Source: an uncultured Bacteroidota bacterium (GTDB lineage: Bacteria > Bacteroidota > Bacteroidia > AKYH767-A > 2013-40CM-41-45). Taken from it: a stretch of DNA of 64,000 nt. The position numbers and the translations under genes are program-made. The DNA lies in contig CAVZJJ010000003.1 in NCBI GenBank assembly GCA_963775555.1, positions 116,813-180,812 on the forward strand. The letters are read 5' to 3'. The notes under the pieces are model-generated. The model was given only the letters and a program-made list of their open reading frames with translations, made no database searches and was not told the origin of the DNA. This document shows, one piece after another, positions 50,576 to 58,400 of this stretch. Within the stretch, counting starts at the first letter, position 1; each line of letters starts with the position of its first letter.

Positions 50576-52482
50576 GAAGTTGAACTGTTTCTGATCGTCA
50601 GTACCAGCTCCTCGGTATGACATCCCACTAAATCAGTAAAGGTTCCACTTGCGTTATAGGTCTGTCCGTTTACACCCCACATGTATGAATCACATGCAGA
50701 AGTTGTCGTAGAGTTAAAAGTGCTTGGATTTACTTCAAGATCTACAACAACACTAGTATCAGAGCCTACAGTATTGCTCCAGATTGCACGATATTTTTTA
50801 CCGTTATCTGAAGCACTCGTAGTGAAAATGAGATCTGGATTGTTAGCGTTTAAAATATCACTCCAGTTCAATCCTCCATTTGTACTAACTTGCCATTGTA
50901 CTGTCGGAGCAGGGTCACCACTGGCATCGGAGAAGAAGTAAACATCCTCTCCTTCACATACACTTTGAGAAAGCGGATCTGTAACCACAATTGGCGGACT
51001 GATGAAATTACCACTAACCCAAATCGGGCCGGTGATACTGCTTAGTGTACCATTCACTCCTCCATTTACAGTATTACCTGCGGTGAGTCCACAACCTTCA
51101 TTGAAGCTCCAGCGTCCGAGTAAACCTGTTCCACCGGTAAGTTCTATACCGTAATTTGTAAGGATTTCAGCAGGGGTTCTTTCCACGTTCCATATTCTTA
51201 CCTCATCAATTTTACCATTGAAGAAACCTGCGGCTGCTCCTGCAGATGTAAGGGCGCTTCCTATAGCAGCATGTTGTATGCTGGTGTTGGCGGGAACAAT
51301 GTTTGAGCCAATATCCAGTGTTTTATCCAATACTCCGTTAATGTAAAGATTCCACACAGCATTAACAGGTTCATAAGTGGCTGCCACATGCGTCCATGTA
51401 TTGGATGGGATGGTGGCATTGCCTATGACAGAATGATTAGGCCCTGTACCTTCTTCAAAGTCTGCCGCAAGCTTGTTGCCAACCAGACCCATAAAATAAT
51501 TCATATTGACATTGGCAGGACTTTCTGCTTCTCCTCTTCCTTTCGTAACAATAGGAACTGCAGCTGTAGTACCTTCAAAGCCACCACCACCTGCACCACT
51601 GGTAGTTGTGGTAACTCCAGTTCCTTCAATTTTAATCCATGCCTCCAAAGTAAAAGTAGAAGCATTCAAAGCAGGGGATGCTGCACCAAAAGAAACGTAA
51701 TCACTTGTGCCATTAAAATCCAGATTGGAAGCTCCGGAAAGAGCTTCATCAAATCCTGCGGCCCATGAAGGTGTATTCACCAGGTTAGCGACAGGCGCGG
51801 CTCCCACAGAGTTTGAAGCAACAATTCCGGTTCCTTCATTGAATCCCCAACGGGAAGCGAGTCCGGTACCACTGCTAAGTTCCAAATTGTAATTCGCGAG
51901 AATCTCTGCATCGCTCCTGACTACATTCCAAATCCTGACTTCATCAATCCGGCCGGCAAAATATCCTGTCGCGGCACCTGTTGAAATGAAAGAAGAGCCG
52001 ATACAAGCTTTAACATTGCTTAAAGATTGCGGAGTGTAACTTGCTCCTAAAATAAGAGTCTGATCGAGTACTCCATTTACATACAATTTCCAGGTATGTA
52101 ATGCAACATCATAGCTTGCCGCAACGTGCGTCCAGCAATTGCCCAATACAGCATTTCCTGTAACCGGATGGTTTCCGGATGCAGCATTGTCCTCAAAATC
52201 GGCATTTAGTTTCTTTGTCGTAAGATCATATCCAAAAATATAATTCACATCTTGAGCTGCAGTTTCTGCTTCCGCCTTCCCTTTTGAAATGATGGGAACT
52301 ATATTTGCAAGGCCCCCATTACCAGAACTTGTAACAACTCCGGTTCCTTCAATTTTTATCCAGGCCTCCAGGGTGAAGTTTGTGAGATGCAAAGAAGCAT
52401 CATTTCCTAAATCCACAAGTTGTGAGTTCGCAGGCAAGAGGGCTACTGAAAAAGATGTTGGACATGTATTAATAGTCAACAC
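50164..52482 (-). CDS. 772-aa middle segment of the giant protein (2 LamG, Ig-like, first Cys repeats)
   Basis: Begins ...LTINTCPTSFSVALLPANSQLVDLGNDASLHLTNFTLEAWIKIEG, parallel to an internal segment of the 2945-aa ORF. Joined to that ORF by repairing one base near 52528-52533. Confidence 0.7.
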   Translation of the reverse strand: MLTINTCPTSFSVALLPANSQLVDLGNDASLHLTNFTLEAWIKIEGTGVVTSSGNGGLANIVPIISKGKAEAETAAQDVNYIFGYDLTTKKLNADFEDNAASGNHPVTGNAVLGNCWTHVAASYDVALHTWKLYVNGVLDQTLILGASYTPQSLSNVKACIGSSFISTGAATGYFAGRIDEVRIWNVVRSDAEILANYNLELSSGTGLASRWGFNEGTGIVASNSVGAAPVANLVNTPSWAAGFDEALSGASNLDFNGTSDYVSFGAASPALNASTFTLEAWIKIEGTGVTTTTSGAGGGGFEGTTAAVPIVTKGRGEAESPANVNMNYFMGLVGNKLAADFEEGTGPNHSVIGNATIPSNTWTHVAATYEPVNAVWNLYINGVLDKTLDIGSNIVPANTSIQHAAIGSALTSAGAAAGFFNGKIDEVRIWNVERTPAEILTNYGIELTGGTGLLGRWSFNEGCGLTAGNTVNGGVNGTLSSITGPIWVSGNFISPPIVVTDPLSQSVCEGEDVYFFSDASGDPAPTVQWQVSTNGGLNWSDILNANNPDLIFTTSASDNGKKYRAIWSNTVGSDTSVVVDLEVNPSTFNSTTTSACDSYMWGVNGQTYNASGTFTDLVGCHTEELVLTIRNSSTSSSIVDVCDSYTWNGTTYTASGVYTYSTLNEAGCDSTATLNLTIRNSSTSSATEDVCDSYTWNGTTYTASGVYTNSTTNAAGCDSTATLNLTIRNSSTSSATEDVCDSYTWNGTTYTASGTYTFSSTNAGVVIQQLH

Positions 52483-52498
52483 AACAGTAGCCGATGAG

Positions 52499-55400
52499 TC
52501 ACATCCACCAGTTCCTGTAAGTCCGGTTGGTAGTGTATGTACCTGAAGTGGTATAAGTAACGCCGTTCCATGTATAGCTGTCGCAAGCAGTCACCGTTGT
52601 ACTGGATGTGGGATTTCCATCAATGATCAAATGCAATGTATCTGTGGATGCACATCCTGCATTGGTATAGTTGTAGAGATAAGTACCGCTGGAAGTGTAG
52701 GTCGTACCGGTTCCGGCAGCCCATGTATAACTCGTACATTCAGTTATGCTACTTGAATTATGCAGTGAGTTAAGCGTGAGTACTACCGTAGCTGACGAAT
52801 CGCATCCGCCTGCATTCGTAAATCCGGTCGTGGTGTAGGTACCTGAAGAAGTATGGGTAATACCATTCCATGTATAACTATCACAGGCCGTTATTGGTGT
52901 GCTTGAACTGGTATTAGCACCCGCGTCAAATCCAAGTGTCCACGCAGGACTGCTAACCAGGATTGCGCTTGGTCCACCTGCAACTGAATTGGCAGCAACG
53001 GATCCACTGCCTTCGTTTAATCCCCAACGAGCCGCTAGTCCTGTACCGGTTAATAATTCTGCATTGTAGTTGGCAAAAATTTCGGCATCAGTTCTCACTA
53101 CATTCCATATTCTTACTTCATCAATTTTACCTGCAAAGAATCCTTCCAATGTTCCGGTTGAACTGAGGGTGGATCCAATGCATCCATTCACATTACTTAA
53201 GGATTGAGGTACATAAATCGAATCTAAGACTAAAGTTGTATCCAAAATTCCGTTGATATAAAGTTTCCAGGTATGAAGCGGAACATTATAGCTGGCAGCT
53301 ACATGTGTCCAGCAGGTGCCTAAAGTGGAACGAGAGATCACCGGATGATTATTTGAGTTGGTATTGTCCTCGAAATCGGCGGCCAGTTTATTGGCTGCGG
53401 CGTTGTAACCAAAAATATAATTTTCGTCTTTAACAGGATCTTCAACTTCACCTTTTCCTTTTGCAAGGATTGGAGCAATGTCAACTCCTCCTGAACCTGA
53501 AGTGACTGAAACACCGGGTCCTTCTATTTTGATCCATGCCTCGAGAGTAAAATTGGTGAGATGCAAGGATGGATCATTGCCCAAGTTTAAATATTGCTGG
53601 CTGGCAGGAACAAATGTTAAGGCGGAAGAAGAACAGGAATTAATTGTGAGTACCACGGTCGCTGATGAATCACAACCTGATAGAGTTAACAAACCGGTGG
53701 TTGTGTAAGTTCCCGAAGTGGTATGAGCGACTCCATTCCATGTGTAAGTATTACATGCAGTAACAGAAGTGCTTGAAGTTGAATTCGCGCTGATCGTAAG
53801 ATGCAGAGTATCCATAGATGCACATCCGGCTCCATTTGTGTAGCTGTATAAATACGTACCACTTGAAGTGTAAGTAATTCCATTACCTGATGCCCATGTA
53901 TAACTTACACAGTCGTAAACAGTGTTTGAGTTATGTGTACTGTTGTTAATCGTCAGGACCACAGTAGCGGAAGAATCACATCCGGCAGCATTATTGAGTC
54001 CGGTTGTAGTATAAACTCCAGAGCTGGTATAAGTAACACCGTTCCATGTATAGCTATCACAATCAGTTATCGAAGTGCTCGATGTGGAAGCAAGTCCGCT
54101 TATTGTCAGGGTGGCGGCATTCGATGTATCAGCACCATAAGCATTGGTGAAGATAGCCCTGTATTGATTTCCATGATCAGAAGCACTGGTTGTAAAAGAT
54201 AAGGTGGCATTCACCGCAGCTAAAATATTATTCCAGTTTACCCCGCCATTTGTGCTAAGCTGCCATTGTACTGTCGGTGTTGGATCACCACTTGCGGCAG
54301 AAGTGAAGGAAACCAGGTCACCTTCACATTTCGCTTGAGAGACCGGATGAGTTGTCACCTGCGGTGGTGTTGAACCGGTTGCAGTAAAGGACCATACCGG
54401 TCCTGTTGTGCTGCTGTCTCCATCAGACACTACCATATACCATTCGTATTCTACTCCCTCAGTCAAAGAGGGCCACTGAATGCAGCTCACTGAACCGGAA
54501 GGCACGTTGGTATTGGTACCCAGCAATACAAATTCCGAAGTCAGGTTTACAGGTAAGGTAAATTGACTGCTGGCTCCTGTGAAAGAAGTGTTACTGTAAG
54601 GTGAATAGGTCTTTACACTTAAAAGATTTTGATCAGGCAGGAACTGCATGAAGCGCAAATATCCGTTTCCTCCATTGGTATAACCACTTTGGTAATCGGA
54701 CATCAATGTATGAACCGTATTGCCGAGGTAGGTATCTGAACGACGGCCTTCGCCGGGTACGTGACCTGCCAGCATGAGGATAAGGTTGGGGTTGTCTTTC
54801 AGGTCATCGTAAATCTTCTGACCCGGTCCCTGGAAAGCTCCCGGATTTCCAGTTCCTAAAATATTGTGACTTGATATAATTCCTTTACGGTTACTGTATT
54901 TTTTTAATAAAGAATCTGCCCAATTCAACACCGGTTGCATCGAGGCGGTTGTTCCGTTCGCATAATATTCAATGCTGATGTTTATAAAGTCTATTCCACC
55001 ACCGCTGAACAATTGGAAGTGGTTATCATTATTGGAACCATAATGGCCACCATAGTAAGCTCGGCCATTAAATCTTGATCCGAAAAACTGTGTATAGTAT
55101 GTAGTCGTTCCATCCGGATTTCCGATAGGTCCCTGATCATGATTACCTACACAAATACCATAAGGAACTCCGTCTGCAATCGGAACATTGGGATACTCAA
55201 GATTTTTCATTGAAGTATCGGCCCTTTGCCATTCGATAAGGTTCGCGTCCCCGTTTTGTGCACAGTCACCTAAATGCGATACAAAAACAATATTACTGTC
55301 AATCCTGTGATCAGCGACCCATTGAGTTTGTGATCTGAAGATTCCATTTTTCCCTCCGCCACCACTGTTTTGACCTTGTGGTTCTTCGGTATAGAATTGT

Positions 55401-58400
55401 GTATCCGGTAATCCGACAATTGCGAATTTCGCACCTGTGCCATTTTTCGGCCTGCCATAAAATTGTACCAGGAGAGCGTCTCCATTTGGATCGCTCACGG
55501 TAGCACAAATATTCGGGCTGGTTGAACCTGAATTGGCAAGATCAGCCGGTGAAGGATTCGTTGGCTGATTGGGTGCCTGACTTGGAACAAGTGAATAATT
55601 GATTGTCAACTTAGGCCGGTCAGCTTGCACGGGATGTTCCCTTGATCGTAATTGCTGTCCATCATCAGCGTGGGTGGCAATCATCAACCAACCATTATTC
55701 GTCAGGTTGCCATCGATCCAATCCTGAATGGTGGATGCTGGAACAGGCACTGTAATGGATCCTACATAGGTATCCACTCCGGGCCAGTTGGCATTTATTG
55801 CGGTCTCCGCATCGACGTTGTCAGCTGCAAAGTGTCTGTTACCAATGGAGGCAAAGCTTGCTGTCGCCTCGTTCCACGGAACCAACATACGGTACATATT
55901 AAATCCCTGCCCTTCAACACCAACATAAAATTGCAACTCGGCAGATGTGATAATAGCTCCGGAAGGAATAGAAGAAAGATCAAAAAGTAAGAGGGAAGTT
56001 CGGTCATCCGGTGGTGTGTTACCAGGGTTTTTATCCTGAATAAAACTGGTATCTGCCCCATGCGTAATGGTTGGATCGACATCATAAATATAAGTGTCCC
56101 TTGTTCCGCTGTAAGCATTGAGTCCGTCCTGAAGTACGATGGATGAAGCTGGAGTCGAAGCAGTGCCGGTTACGGCTACATTTTGGGTAACGGCACCGAT
56201 ACTTGTATGTTGAATATTACCACTGGACGAACCAGCTGAAGCCCGGTTGAAGCGCACATAAATTGTTGTGGATGCTACGGAACCACCGGAGGGATGTAAA
56301 GTGATTGAGGAACTAAAATTGCTGGCCGGAAGTGTAGATATCTCAAAATTAAGCGGAGCCGTAATTAAAATACTATCGGTCAGATTGCTTCCAGATACTG
56401 TGTAACTCTGACTAGCTGATGGTGTTCCAGTCTGACTATTGAATGCACTAAGTGGTGTGCCTGAAATATTAATGGAAGGACCACTGGAAGTAGAATAGGT
56501 TACCGTCAATTTAGGCCGGTCCGCCTGTGATGCATGCTCCCTTGATCGTAATTGCTGGCCATCATCCGCATGAATGGCAATCATCAACCAACCATTATTG
56601 GTCAGGTTGCCATCGATCCAATCCTGAATAGTAGATGCGGGTACAGATACTGTTATATATCCTGTATAAGTATCCACACCAGGCCAAATCGAATTTACTG
56701 AAGATTCAGCATCGATATTATCAGGCAGAAAATGCCTGCCGCCAAGTGAAGTATAGCTGACAGTTGCCTCATCCCAGGAAGTCAGCATACGGTGCATGTT
56801 AAATCCCTGACCTTCCGCATCAACGTAAAATTGTAATTCAGCTGATTGGATGGTAGCTCCGGGAGGAATAGAAGAAAGGTCGAAAAGCAATAGTGCTTTA
56901 CGCTCATTTGGAGGAACATCTGCAGGATTTTTATCCTGTATAAATGTAGTTTCAGCACCACGTACGGTACCAGGTGAAGTTTCCCATATATAGGTATCCC
57001 TTGTACCGCTGTATCCATTCAGTCCATCCTGTAAGACCAGGGTTACAGGTCCTGTTCCGATCGTGGTAAAACTCCAAACCGGAGACCAGCTACTTGTACC
57101 ATCTGTATTTGTGGCATTTACTCTCCAGTAATAGACTGTACTATTTGCTAAAGCAGGACTCACAGCAACTGAAGTGCCGGCAATGGCACTTTGGTTAAAT
57201 ACAGTTGTACCAAAACCGGAACTGGTCGATACCTGCACCTGATATGTGTTTGCTCCGGCTGAAGCGTTCCAGCTCAAAGTTGGCGAAAGGGCGATTCCTG
57301 TTGAAGCATCTGCGGGTGAAATTAATGTTGGTGCGGCAGGTGGAGTAGCGGCTGGAATTGCCAAGGCATATTCTGTGCCTGTGGCCCCCGTTACTGTTAG
57401 TGTGTTCGCACCCATATCAAGAGTAGCTGATGCATCAGTCCATGCTCCCACTGAAATATTATCTCTCTTCACCAGCTTAAGACCGCTTTCGCTTATCACA
57501 GCGGGGTTACCGGTATAATTATAAACCAAGGTATAAGTAGGTGTCGCAGTTCCAATTGCTCTTACTCCCCAGAACCTGGATGCGTCCAGAGAATATCCAA
57601 CAAGTCCTGTGGAACCGCTTCTTATTGCATTATCATCCGCACGGTAAACTTGTATTCCAGAAATGGTTCCCGAGGTTGTAGTTGCAGTAAGAGCATCTCC
57701 ATTCGCATGATTTAATGTAGCTGTATATCCGCCGGCAGCCACATAGTCGTATGCCGAAGCATCGCCTAAGGCAGCACCGCTCCATAGATGATCAGTACCT
57801 GCATCCATGTTGATCATGGTACCATCATTGTTGTTTGATGTCTCATCATTCATGCTAGTTCCTGATGTTTCATCAAACCTCCAATAACCAACTAAGCCGG
57901 ATTCATTGCCGATTAATTTCTTAGTCATGTTTGACTTGATGTCGGCATCTGTCCGGGCGACATTCCATAATCTCACCTCATCGATGGAGCCCTGAAAAAA
58001 TCTTGCAGCAGTAGAGGGATCATTGGCAATTTCCAGGATGTTTGTGCTATTAACAATAGCCGCTGTAAACGCAGTTGTACCTTCCAGTACTCCATTGATA
58101 TACATCTTGGTGTTTACACCATCATATGTCGCGGCAACATGAATCCATGCCCCGGTTGAAGGATAAGAGGTAGTCGACAATGCTCGTGAAGCGTCATTAC
58201 CATTAAATCTACAGTATACAAACCCGGCACTTCCACAATACAACTCATATCCGGTTCCGCCACCTATAATGCCACATTTTTTTAATATGGACATTGTACC
58301 CACCTTGGTGGGTTTGATCCAGGCTTCCATAGTGATGGCCGTTCCTGATATTTGAATTGATGGATTATTTCCACAGTCTATATAATCATTAGTACCATCA

